A DNA stretch of 64,000 bases from Eledone cirrhosa (GCA_964016885.1 OZ024756.1:20088001-20152000), one strand, 5' to 3'. Numbered from the stretch's first letter, positions 1 to 12,001 are shown. The notes: generated by a model not told the origin, from the sequence alone. Translations and numbers: made by a program.

Positions 1-92
1 CTATATACCACAAAGAATGGTGCCCAATGCTCTACCAATTACTCCCGATCCACGGTCATTAAGATTTAATAATGACAGAAAGCCTATGTTAC

Positions 93-232
93 CTTGAGTT
101 AGTGTCAAGTAGCACTTGTCAGTTAGAGGTGTGTGTACCAGCTTCTGGATGTTTCCCTGGTACTCAAATGTGTAGTTAAACTCAGCGTCTACCATTTTGA
201 CCACACAAAGGTTAGTGCCTTGCAGGTAAAAC
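93..232 (-). CDS. DYNC2H1: Dynein-2 heavy chain, exon 19 (FYLQG...[25 protein letters not shown]), start of AAA1; gene continues left of window
   Basis: tatag| and |gtaaca; [21 protein letters not shown] motif. Confidence 0.94.
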
Positions 233-602
233 CTATAAAAAAAAGTGGTAACCTCAAGATTCTAGAAAACTAATTCATTCAATGGATTAAAGACAGGGGC
301 CACATATGTTCCTGCATATTAATAAAACAAATAAAAGGTAGCAGTGTGCAGGTGTATGGTGCATGAGTGCATTTGTACATGTGTGTGTGTGCATTCCGCA
401 CACACACACACATACATTGAACAATTCAAGCTAGCATGAAAAAGTCAACATAAAATAAGGATAATGATAATGGTTTCTGATTTAGTCACAAGGCCAACAA
501 TTTGGAGAGAAGTTGATTAAACTGACCCCAGTATGTTACTGGTACTTTATTTTATCAACCACATAAGGATGATAGACAAAGCTAACCATGGCTAACTTAC
601 TC

Positions 603-658
<56 letters not shown>

Positions 659-882
659 AAAGTTTTATTTAAAATTGTTGGGTTACAACAAGTAAAAATT
701 TTATAACTGATATAAAGCACTCAACAAGTTTTGGAGTAGATATACGATATTAAACAAATGGAAACTATATTTATAAAACCATATTTATTTCATTATACAT
801 ATTTCGGGGATACCATATTAAAAATATGGCATGCCTTCTTCAGATAAAATACAATATTATTTATAAAACTGTTTATATATTG

Positions 883-948
883 TATTTTATCTGAAGAAGG
901 CATGCCATATTTTTAATATGGTATCCCCGAAATATGTATAATGAAATA
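883..948 (+). ncRNA. Type-I hammerhead ribozyme motif, family A (mirror copy on minus strand at 786-851)
   Basis: TATTTTAT-CTGAAGA-stem II(GG..TGCCATATT/AATATGGTA..CC)-GAAA-T-ATGT-ATA-ATGAAATA; A.C mismatch at base of stem II. Confidence 0.7.
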
Positions 949-991
949 AATATGGTTTTATAAATATAGTTTCCATTTGTTTAATATCGAA

Positions 992-1076
<85 letters not shown>

Positions 1077-1099
1077 GTAAAAGGTAAACAGAAATAACA

Positions 1100-1235
1100 A
1101 CACAATCCGTACAGTATATGGATGGAATATAATATAATATAATGAAATTATTGTGTAAAGTGCTCAGGTGCACTACAACTCGTCAAAGGTGTATGTATAG
1201 TACATAGAATAATACACAAATGTCAGGGAAGTACA
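1100..1235 (-). mobile_element. 3' end of CR1/L2-like LINE
   Basis: Reverse complement resembles the 3' UTR at 56585-56820 without the SINE insertion. Confidence 0.5.
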
Positions 1236-1564
1236 TATATTAGGTTAACGCTTGAAATAGCAGGAAGAGGGTCTTAACATTTCAGATGCTAGTCCTTCAT
1301 ATAATATATAGTAATATATATAATATATAGTAATAATAATTATGAAGACTAAAATCCGAAGAGGGTTCGATAAGGATTATATATATATAATGATTTCTAG
1401 TATAGGCACAAGGCCAGTAATTTGGGGGAAGGGTAAAGTCGATTAAATCGACCCCAGTACGTTACTGGTGCTTTATTTATCGACCCTGTAAGGATGAAGG
1501 GCAAAGTTAACCTCGGGAGGATTTGAACTCAGACTGTAAAGGACCGTAACTCTATGCTGACGAT

Positions 1565-1661
<97 letters not shown>

Positions 1662-1835
1662 TGTATAATGAGTAACTTAGTCATATTACTAAATCCCACG
1701 AAATTATTATTTTCAAAATGATTTGGAAAAAAATTATAGACAGTTTCAGTGTCTTTTATTAGAAATATGGTATTAAAATGGATAAAATGGAAATGTCTAA
1801 AACAAACAAACAAACAAACACAGTTGTGTTTTCAC

Positions 1836-2095
1836 CTGAGTTGTTTCTGCCAATGCCAGTCAGAGAGTGAAGTGACATTTGCTGCCATAAGCTGTTGGAT
1901 TACATCCATATTATGAACCATATCTAGGATAAGGGCTTTCAGTTTCAGTTCAAGAACTTCGGTACACTTCACATTTTTGCTTGTAAGAATGTCAAGCTTA
2001 CGCCTTACTTCCTGCAGGAATCCATTCAAGTTGTTTTTCTTGATAGCGCTCTCACAGTCCTGAGTGAATTGTATCTGTTCCACCAGGCAGAGAAT
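1836..2095 (-). CDS. DYNC2H1: Dynein-2 heavy chain, exon 18 (ILCLVEQIQFT...WHWQKQLR)
   Basis: ttcag| and |gtgaaa; LELKLKALILD and W.KQLR motifs; phase 0-2. Confidence 0.94.
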
Positions 2096-2218
2096 CTGAA
2101 ATAAGAAAACTCAGTCTTTAGAGTGCAGCTAAATACTATGCTGTGATGTATGACTTTCTCTATCACATAATAAATGTATATATATATTTTATATATATAT
2201 AAATATATATATATATTA

Positions 2219-2575
2219 TCATCATCATCATCATCATCATCATTTTACGTCCGCTTTTCCCTGCTTGCAAGGGTGGGACGGGAACTGATTCTGGCTTGAT
2301 TTCTACAGCTGGATGGCCTTCCTAACACCAACCTCATTTACAGTGAGTGCTGGGTGCTTTTTTTCCGTGGTGCCTACATGTCCAATTTACAGTGTGGGCT
2401 GGGTGCTTTTTTGCCATGGCATCTCCACAACCACTTGGCAGTGGAATGATAGGGACCCCATCTCATTTCTACAGCTGAGTAAACTGGAGCAATGTGAAAT
2501 AAAGTGTCTTGCTCAAGGAAACAACGCATCACCCGGTCTGAGAATTGAACTCACAACCTTTCGATTGCAAGGCCA
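2219..2575 (-). mobile_element. tRNA-derived SINE family B (CORE-like body, (GAT)n tail)
   Basis: Reverse complement of the 14936/55787 copies. Confidence 0.8.
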
Positions 2576-2585
2576 ATTATGTACA

Positions 2586-2634
<49 letters not shown>

Positions 2635-3594
2635 GCATATATATTACATGTATATTATGCATATATATATATATATATATATTACATATATATTATGTAT
2701 ATATATTACATATATATATCATCATCATCATCATTTAACGTCTATCTTCCACGCTAGCATGGGTTAGATATATATATATATATATATCATCATCATCATC
2801 ATCACAGTTTTACGTCCGTTCTTCCACACTAGCATGGGTTAGACGGGTTGTCCTGTTGTAAGCAGTGTCCAGTCGGCTGACCTTGTCTTGCTCATACGGG
2901 AACTGATTCTGGCTTGATTTCTACAGCTGGATGCCCTTCCTAACACCAACCTCATTTACAGCGAGTGCTGGGTGCTTTTTTCCGTGGGGCCTACACGTCC
3001 ACTTTACAGTGTGGGCTGGGTGCTTTTTTTGCCATGGCACCTCCACGACCACTTTGCAGTGGGAGGGTGTGGGTGTATATTGTCTATATGCTTCAGCTTC
3101 GGCTTGTAGCCGTGGAGGGTCGGGTATTCTGTATTACTGTGTGACGCCAGAGGTCACGGTCGTGTATCATCCCCTTTGAGAGGTGTAATTGGGTAAGGTC
3201 GGCTTTATATATATATATATCAAGATGGATTCAGTTAGAAACTGGTTAGACCATTACAGAGTACTCAATAATTAAAGTATTAGAGTATGGTTATATGAAA
3301 AAGTTGAGACTTCGACGGCTGAGCTGTTGCCATTTCAACAGCTAGTTTCCGACTCTGAAACTAGCTGTTGAAACGGCAAGAGCTCAGCTGTCGGGGTCCC
3401 AACTCTTTCACATATATATATATATATATATTTAATATAACCATACTCTACTACCCCAAGAATCAATAAACTATAATAATGAAGTAGAAATCAGTAGGTT
3501 AAAATTTACATCTATCCTGTGTACACTAGTGTCAGTTGATTAACTAACACAAAATATACCAAGTATATACAAAAGAGCTGGCAAATTGGATTAC

Positions 3595-3708
3595 CTGTGA
3601 AGGGTATTTGTTTGAATCAGGTGGTCCTATCTGAGAATCTTGGAGACATTCTTTCAGTAATTCTTTCAAAGTCTCTTTCATTTCGGTAGCAAGACTGCTC
3701 ATCCACTT
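3595..3708 (-). CDS. DYNC2H1: Dynein-2 heavy chain, exon 17 (KWMSSLATEMKETLKELL...KYPSQ)
   Basis: cacag| and |gtaatc; 114 nt; W...L..EM..TL and PSQ motifs. Confidence 0.9.
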
Positions 3709-3787
3709 CTGTGAAAGACAAACAATTTAAGAATAAAGAATTAGTTTAATTTTATTAACTCTTAATACTAAACCACCTGAAACCACA

Positions 3788-4197
3788 CTTGTTGAGCAAT
3801 GAAACATGGGTCTGTCGCTGAAAACGGCAGGTTGGCACTGAACCAGTCAGGCAGTCAGTGGATCAAAAATCTTCAGCTTGTTGAGCAAAGAAACCTGGGT
3901 CTGTTGCTGAAAACACCAGGTTGGCACTGAAGATAAGAGTCACATTAATTTAAGCAGTCAGGCAGTTAGTGGATCAAAATCTTTAGCTTGTTGAGCAATG
4001 AAACCTGGGTCTGTTGCTGAAAACACCAGGTTGGCACTGAAGATAAGAGTCACATTAATTTAAGCAGTCAGGCAGTTAGTGGATCAAAATCTTTAGCTTG
4101 TTGAGCAATGAAACCTGGGTCTGTTGCTGAAAACACCAGGTTGGCACTGAAGATAAGAGTCACATTAATTTAAGCAGTCAGGCAGTTAGTGGATCAA
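3788..4197. repeat. Tandem repeat, 110-bp unit x ~3 plus a shorter first unit
   Basis: gcttgttgagca recurs at 3876, 3986, 4096. Confidence 0.9.
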
Positions 4198-5114
4198 ACA
4201 GCTGGAAGGTTCAACATTGAAACTAACAAAAGATCCACCACTGAAGATACTAAGGTTTAACAAAGACTGCCAGTTTAACAAATTATAAATATTGATTTCA
4301 ATTAAGGTAAATTAAGGTACAAAACCAGGTAAATTTGGGGTAAGGGCAAAATTGATTAAATCGACCCCAGTACTTGACTGGTACTTTATTTTATGGACCC
4401 TAGAAGTATGAATGGCAAAGTTAAATCTTGGTGGGATTTGAACTCAGAATGTAAAGAGTCAGAACAAATACTGCAATGGCATTTTATCTGATACACTACT
4501 GATCATATCAATCAACCATCCTCATAAATAATGGTTTCTTATATAGGCACAAGGCCAAACATTTTGGGGGAGGGGAAAGTCGATTAAATCGACCCCAGTG
4601 TGTAACTGGTACTTTATTTTATCAACCCCGTAAGGATGAAAAGCAAAGTTAACCTCAGAAGGATTTAAACTAAGAACATAAAGGGACGTAACTATATGCC
4701 ACAAAACATTGCCTATGCCGCAAAGTATGTTGTCAGATACTCTGCTCTACCGATACTGGCAATCCCCTCCTGCAAAATATAAATATCAAAATTGTAAATC
4801 TTCATACAAAAGAGTTAAATTTAAGCCTCACAGACTAATGTATGTAAGAAAAAGAGAAACCAAAAAATATAAAAAAACAAAGAACAAAAAAAAGACTAAA
4901 AGGAAATATTTGGAGAGATCTTATTAAAGAGACAGCTTCTGGATGTGAAAGAGTAAATATGGATGCGGCATTAGTAGTGATTTCTTGTATATTAGGCACA
5001 CTGCCAATTCTTATATTGAGAACAATGTAGCCAGTTGTATTGAACTGTAGTAGAAGATCATCTTTTGAAAATGGCAGTAAAGAAGCAGATGATAATGGAA
5101 TTTATATTTATAAT

Positions 5115-6367
5115 GGATTTAGTGGAGAAGTCTGTTATTTCTGCCATTCTATTGCCATATTTAGTGGAGAAGTCTGTTATTTCTACCATTCTATTGTCAT
5201 ATTTAGTGGAGAAGTCTGAATTTTTACCATTTTATTGCCATATTTAGTAGAGAAGTCTGTTATTTCTACCATTCTATTACCATATTTAGTAGAGAAGTCT
5301 GTTATTTCTACCATTCTATTACCATATTTAGTAGAGAAGTCTGTTATTTCTACCATTCTATTACCATATTTAGTAGAGAAGTCTGTTATTTCTACCATTC
5401 TATTACCATATTTAGTGGAGAAGTCTGAATTTCTACCATTCTATTGTCATATTTAGTGGAGAAGTCTGTTATTTCTACCATTCTATTACCATATTTAGTG
5501 GAGAAGTCTGAATTTCTACCATTCTATTGCCATATTTAGTAGAGAAGTTGGTTATTTCTACCATTCTATTACCATATTTAGTAGAGAAGTCTGTTATTTC
5601 TACCATTCTATTACCATATTTAGTAGAGAAGTCTGTTATTTCTACCATTCTATTACCATATTTAGTAGAGAAGTCTGTTATTTCTACCATTCTATTACCA
5701 TATTTAGTAGAGAAGTCTGTTATTTCTACCATTCTATTACCATATTTAGTAGAGAAGTCTGTTATTTCTACCATTCTATTACCATATTTAGTGGAGAAGT
5801 CTGAATTTCTACCATTCTATTGTCATATTTAGTGGAGAAGTCTGTTATTTCTACCATTCTATTACCATATTTAGTGGAGAAGTCTGAATTTCTACCATTC
5901 TATTGCCATATTTAGTAGAGAAGTTGGTTATTTCTACCATTCTATTACCATATTTAGTAGAGAAGTCTGTTATTTCTACCATTCTATTACCATATTTAGT
6001 AGAGAAGTCTGTTATTTCTACCATTCTATTACCATATTTAGTAGAGAAGTCTGTTATTTCTACCATTCTATTACCATATTTAGTAGAGAAGTCTGTTATT
6101 TCTACCATTCTATGACCATATTTAGTAGAGAAGTCTGTTATTTCTACCATTCTATTACCATATTTAGTAGAGAAGTCTGTTATTTCTACCATTCTATTAC
6201 CATATTTAGTAGAGAAGTCTGTTATTTCTACCATTCTATTACCATATTTAGTAGAGAAGTCTGTTATTTCTACCATTCTATTACCATATTTAGTAGAGAA
6301 GTCTGTTATTTCTACCATTCTATTACCATATTTAGTAGAGAAGTTGGTTATTTCTACCATTCTATTG
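5115..6367. repeat. 42-bp minisatellite (~30 units)
   Basis: Unit tttagtagagaagtctgttatttctaccattctattaccata; 14-aa periodic ORFs. Confidence 0.95.
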
Positions 6368-7269
6368 TCATTAAGTGTTGTCAACATATAACATTCTAAC
6401 CGCACAAAGAACAATGTGATGATGATGATGATGATGGGGAGGATGGTGGGAGGAGTAGGAGGAGAGGAGGAGGAAGAGGAGGAGGAGAAGTGGGGAGAGG
6501 AGGAGAGGGGGAGAAGAAGAGGATGGGGAAGAGGAAGAGGAGAAGGACGATAATTTGGTAGCATGGCTTTGTAGTAAAGAAGTTTCATTTTGCAACAGTC
6601 TGGTCTCAGGTTCTATCCTACTGCGCAGACACCTCGAACAAATGTCTTCTAAACTAATACTTAATCTCAGACCGCTAGAACAGTGTTCACCTTAGTAGGA
6701 TTTTAACCCAGAAGATGTCACGGAAATGTGTGACGAAAGAACTCTGATAAATTATATTTATATTTATAGATACTTTTAACTGTTGGTCAATCAGTGATAA
6801 ACATTGATTACCAGCTAAATTATTTATAAAAATATAAAAATATAAAAATATAAAAATATACTGAAGCAAAAACCAAACCAAACCAAACTGAGTGTGTCTT
6901 ACTATTTTTTGGCAATATTAGGACAACAGAAAATTGATTCCATCGAATACTATCGGCATTTGGCGTCATTCTCATGAATAGCGAAATAACCACAAAAAAA
7001 AAATAAATAAAAAAAAAAATCGCTTGAAAACAATTTAAAAAATTTAAATCTAAAATTAATCCCAATGAGAAGAAACCAGAACATTATTCTCTGAAAGTTC
7101 CTTGGAATTTTAAGTCCGAAATATTAGGATGGAAGAATCGACAGCAACAATGAAAAAATAAAACAAAGATTACCAGGTAACTTATTTTTTTCGTTACCTT
7201 TATCTTACAGTCCATTTTGCATTGTTTAGCCTGATATCTCTTTTCACATTAACAATGTAAATATTTTCA

Positions 7270-7875
7270 GGAAGGGTCCTTGGAGTAACATTACCTCATG
7301 AAGTGCGTAGCTTGGAGATCAGAGAGTCACTCCAAGTAAAGCCACTACTTCTCCAAATTGAGAGATCACAGCTCCGATACTATGGGCATGTGGTTAGAAT
7401 GTTTCAGGAAAGCATCACTGAACAGATCGGTAGCTCGGAGATTAGAGAGTCACTCCAGGTAAAGCCACTTCTTCTCCAAATTGAGAGATCACAGCTCCGA
7501 TACTGTGAGCATGTGGTTAGAATGTTTCAGGAAAGCATCACTGAACAGATCGGTAGCTCGGAGATTAGAGAGTCACTCCAGGTAAAGACGCTACTTCTCG
7601 AATTGAGAAATCACAGCTCTGATACTATGGGCATGTGGTTAGAATGTCTCAGGAAAGAATTGTTGGACAGATTTTACAGGCAAAATCAACAGTTAGGAGA
7701 CCCAGGGGTACACCCTGAGCAAGATGGTTGAATAACATCCATGAGCTTGGCTGGTCACGCTTGGAGATCCAGCCAGCTCAGTTGGAGATGGTTGCTTCTG
7801 ACAGGACACGCTGGAAGGAGTGTTTGAGGACTCTGCCCCCATGACCCATTCAAGAAGGCAAAGAAGAAGAAGAAC
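7270..7875 (+). mobile_element. RTE-clade LINE 3' fragment with internal 123-bp triplication
   Basis: EIRESLQV..LL.IERSQLRY.GHV.RM peptide repeated; frameshifted; ends in (GAA)n. Confidence 0.8.
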
Positions 7876-7938
7876 AACAACAACAACAACAAACAAAACA
7901 CAAACAAATAAAACAGAAGACTAAAATATCCCACAAAC

Positions 7939-8169
7939 CTCAACATCATTGGTGATGTGGACTTGTTCACGAAGGGGCACAATCTCTCCATGTAGCGACC
8001 TCATACTTAAAATCTGGCTACTGTCTTCATTAAACTGGACACTGTTGATGCCAGCAAACAGCTTCTTCAGGTGGCTTTGAATTACATTTGGTTTGGTTGA
8101 CTGACCAAGAATCTCCAGCAGGTCCTCGTCCCCGATGAAATAAAAACGGGGAAATGATGACCTTTTATC
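7939..8169 (-). CDS. DYNC2H1: Dynein-2 heavy chain, exon 16 ([25 protein letters not shown]...NDVE)
   Basis: tccag| and |gtttgt; FPRFYF..D.DLLEIL dynein linker motif; not in ORF track. Confidence 0.95.
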
Positions 8170-8588
8170 CTGGAATTAGATTAAATACAGAAGGGCATAT
8201 TTAATTACATGACAGCAATAACAACAACAGCAATGACAACAACAACAACAACAATGACAACAAAAACAATAACAGATTAAATACAGAAGAGCATATTTAA
8301 TTATATGGTTTTAACATCAATAACAATGACAAAAACAACAATAACATTGACAACAACAATGACAAAAACAACAATAATGACAACAACAATGACAGCAACA
8401 ACAACATCAATGACAACAATAACAATAACAATAACAACAACAACACCTTAAATAGTTATCAGATTTGACTATTCAATGTATTTAGCACAAGTTTTTTTTT
8501 TCTATCATAGCTTCAGCACACTTTAAACCTCATCAGGGAATTATAAAATATAAAGGAAAGAGATGAAGGAGTAGAATAGAATAAAAAC

Positions 8589-8721
8589 CTCTAAGAATTC
8601 ATTGAGAGCTTTCTGGCATCTCTGCAGTTGGTCTACCATTGTCTTTAGTTGGTCACAAAGTCCTACTCGATTAGCAAGAGAAACATACCGATGATCACGC
8701 TGTATATCCATCATAATGGCC
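8589..8721 (-). CDS. DYNC2H1: Dynein-2 heavy chain, exon 15 (AIMMDIQRD...DQLQRCQKALNEFLE)
   Basis: gtcag| and |gttttt; LQRCQKxLNEFLE motif; phase 2-0. Confidence 0.93.
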
Positions 8722-9311
8722 CTGACAAAATAGAACATGTTAAAACATATGAGACTATTTTTGCATGCAATTATTTTGAGCTCATAGAGTTAATGTCAGA
8801 TTTATTTAGAGGCTTAAAATCTGCATAACATGCTATATATATCTTTATTTTAATGATAAGGAACAAGGATTCGATGTTGCATCATACCATATTTAATAAC
8901 ATATTACATATGTTTCTCTACCGATCAGCTCGAAGCAAGATCTATTATAGATTGAACCCAACTCTGCATCGAGTGCTCAACCGGCATACTTCCTACGGAC
9001 GCATTTATCTTGCAACCTTACAACTATATCTTTATTATATATATATAAATGACTTCTACAGTACTAGAACTGTTTCATACATATGAAATCATCAGAAAAA
9101 TGCCTATACTCTACCAGTGTACTGAGTACCTATTTTAATCTACATATTATATATATGATCATGGTGTCACTATTCCTTAACTTTTGTGTCCACTCTGAGG
9201 AGAAATTTATCAATTACTCACTCATTGAGTGCTTCGTGACAGCCTCCAATAATTCAATTGTTCATCTGCAACTTCGGTTATACTTATTATTATTATTATT
9301 AACATTATATT

Positions 9312-9406
<95 letters not shown>

Positions 9407-9434
9407 TTTTTTTTTTTTTTTTTTTATCAATTAA

Positions 9435-9486
9435 ATTTTATTATACATATTTCAGAGGTACAAAGTACATCCTCATCAGACAAAAT
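9435..9486 (-). ncRNA. Type-I hammerhead motif, family A'
   Basis: minus: ATTTTGT-CTGATGA-GGATGTAC TTT GTACCTCT-GAAA-TATGTATA-ATAAAAT. Confidence 0.72.
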
Positions 9487-9874
9487 ATATTGATACATGA
9501 CATACCCTGAGATGTTAAATGGTTAAGATTTAATCAAATATGTATAAAATTTAATTGATCAAAAGAACATCTATTTTATTATATCGGTAATCTAACTTAC
9601 TCGGTCCTCAATGTTCCCATTGACTGATCTGTATTATTTTTGACCGTCGGTCAGTCAATGGCAACATTGAGGACCGAGTAAGTTAGATTACCGGTATTTT
9701 ATTATATATATATATATATATATATATAAGGTGTCCTTAAAGTCACTTAGATATTTGAAAGTCAAATATTATGCTTGTTTATTAGAATATAAAAAAAAAT
9801 ATCATGGTAACTTTTGGGACCCCTGTATATATATATGTGTGTGTGTGTATATATACATATATATATATATATTC

Positions 9875-10120
9875 CAGGGCGGGTAAAATTCCCGAGATCC
9901 ATGGACGAGTTCTCTCCAGCGGTCTCTGTCCCTCATTATCGCTGCCATGTCCTGCGTCTCCAACAGACCAGTGTCTGTCCTTAGGGCATCAACATACGTT
10001 AACCTTGGTCTTCCTCTTCCAGTGTGTCCATGTAGGGGCTCCCACAGGAGCACTGAGTGCAATGTCAACTCTGGATGTCGGTGAGCATGTCCAGCCAACC
10101 TCAGTCTCCTCTGATCTATT
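9875..10120 (-). mobile_element. RTE-like LINE 3' fragment
   Basis: RRLRLAGHAHRH...GRGRPRLTYVD...RDRWRELV; near-identical to 62658-62902. Confidence 0.85.
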
Positions 10121-10304
10121 CTTTGTAAGGTCTTAATATCTTTCCCATTTATCTTTTCCCTGTGTCTAAAAGGGAAACTAAGGTTACAAGATCTCTGTCT
10201 GAGTTTATTTTTAATCATGCTAATATAGTGTTTGTATACCATGATGATGTTTCTACATTACAAAACATTTTTTAACAGGTTTTACTGTTTACACATGATC
10301 TTAC

Positions 10305-10528
10305 CTGAAATCACTATCAACTCGCTTGAAGCGGCTCTGTTCTTTTGGCAACGCCCCACGACCAAATATTGGTTCTAAGTAAACCCATTTATGCTGAATT
10401 TGGTTGATGTTTTGTAGGTACTCATCCAGATTTGCCAGGCGTTTCTCCCAGATTGTGGCTTTATCCAGAAAGTTTTTGAAGTATGGTGAGTCTTTAAGAG
10501 ATTGTAATAAGCACTGTTGGTCTCCTAC
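10305..10528 (-). CDS. DYNC2H1: Dynein-2 heavy chain, exon 14 (VGDQQCLLQSLKDSPYF...KWVYLEPIFGRGALPKEQSRF...)
   Basis: tgcag| and |gtaaga; WVYLEPIFGRGALPKEQ is characteristic of dynein-2 heavy chain. Confidence 0.95.
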
Positions 10529-11810
10529 CTGCAAATTGAAGACAGAGTTAATAGAACATAGTGGGTCACCAGAGACTTGTTGGTGCCATAAACATTTCCC
10601 CCATCTACTAATCTAATACACTGTATAGCACATTGGTGAGTGCCACTATAACTCCATCAGGAATTACAGGTACATACATACATATGCACACACACTTATA
10701 TATCATCACCGTTTTACGTCCGTTCTTCCACGCTAGCATGGGTTAGACGGGTTGTCCTGTTGTGGGCAGTAGCCGGTCGGCTGACCATGCCTTGCTCATA
10801 CGGGAAATATAACACCACTGACGATGTTGCAGATGTGCAACGAAAGATTTATGATAAACTATATATATATGTGTTTGTGTCTATATTGTATCTGTATTAT
10901 TTTTGACCGTCGGTCAGTCAATGGCAACATTGAGGACCGAGTAAGTTAGATCGCAGATATAAAAGACAAGGAGAAGCGAAAACCAACCAAACAGTGAGTG
11001 TGTTCTGTTATTAATTCTGGCAATATTACACAAATATGACCCTCCCCAAGTATAACAATATATATATCCAGGCCGAAACAAATGAGGTCGTGTAGGTGTC
11101 ACGACAAAAAAACACACAGTCCACGCTGTAATGTGGCCGTGTAGGCAACACGGTAAAAATCTCCCAGACCCACACTGTAAATGTGGTTGGTGTTAGGAAG
11201 GGCATCCAACTGTAGAAAACCTGCCAGACAGTCCTATGCGAGCAAGACAATCACTCTTGCCTCAAGTGGGACTACCCCCGTCCAAACCCATGCAAGCGTG
11301 GAACACGGACGTTAAACATTGATGATGATGATGATGATGATGATATATATATATATACACACATTTAAGTTTGGTTGTTCACTACTGGATAGAACTGGTC
11401 ATTTCTGTATAGTCATCCATGATGTAATATTAGGAAAAGCACTCAACGTTATGCAACTCATCCATCTTTGATGTTGAATCTTGTTGGTGGTGCAAGAATG
11501 GAGTTAATTATTATTGAGTAAAATGACAGGAAGCCGGAAATTCCTTCAAAGATTTATTTTAGCAAACACTATGCACATTTCAGTGGCCAAGTTACGTAAG
11601 ATCCTCGTGACATCATCATGTTTTAGTGTTCACACATGATCTTACCTTTGAGACTCAAAGGCAGTCAGCCAAACTTGCAACAACTGATCCTCTTGATCGC
11701 CTTCAAGTCAAAAACATTTTTCTCTGTTTTTTTTAAAATCTGCTTTCTCTCCTTATAGCCTCTTGGATTGTGTTTACCATTATTCCTTTATTATATAACT
11801 ATTATGCAAT

Positions 11811-11872
11811 AAACACCTGATGATGTCACCAGGGTCTTGCGTAACCTGGCCACTGAAATGAACATCGTGTTT
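11811..11872 (+). ncRNA. Type-I hammerhead motif, family B
   Basis: AAACAC-CTGATGA-T GT..CCAGG/CCTGG..AC T-GAAA-TG AA CA-TC-GTGTTT; perfect 6-bp stem I, AUC triplet. Confidence 0.8.
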
Positions 11873-11926
11873 GCTAACATAAATCTCTGAAGGAATTTCA
11901 CCAGTTTGGCCTCCAGTCATTTTACT

Positions 11927-11973
<47 letters not shown>

Positions 11974-12001
11974 GTGGTTACACAACAGTTAGTTCACCAT
12001 A

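Noticed and set aside
1-92. ORF extension [11 protein letters not shown]... beyond the last exon
   Set aside because: Intron read-through past the GT donor at 92-91
5115-6367. CRISPR-like regular array (also 35323, 41450)
   Set aside because: Units are contiguous with no unique spacers; eukaryotic intron; no cas genes
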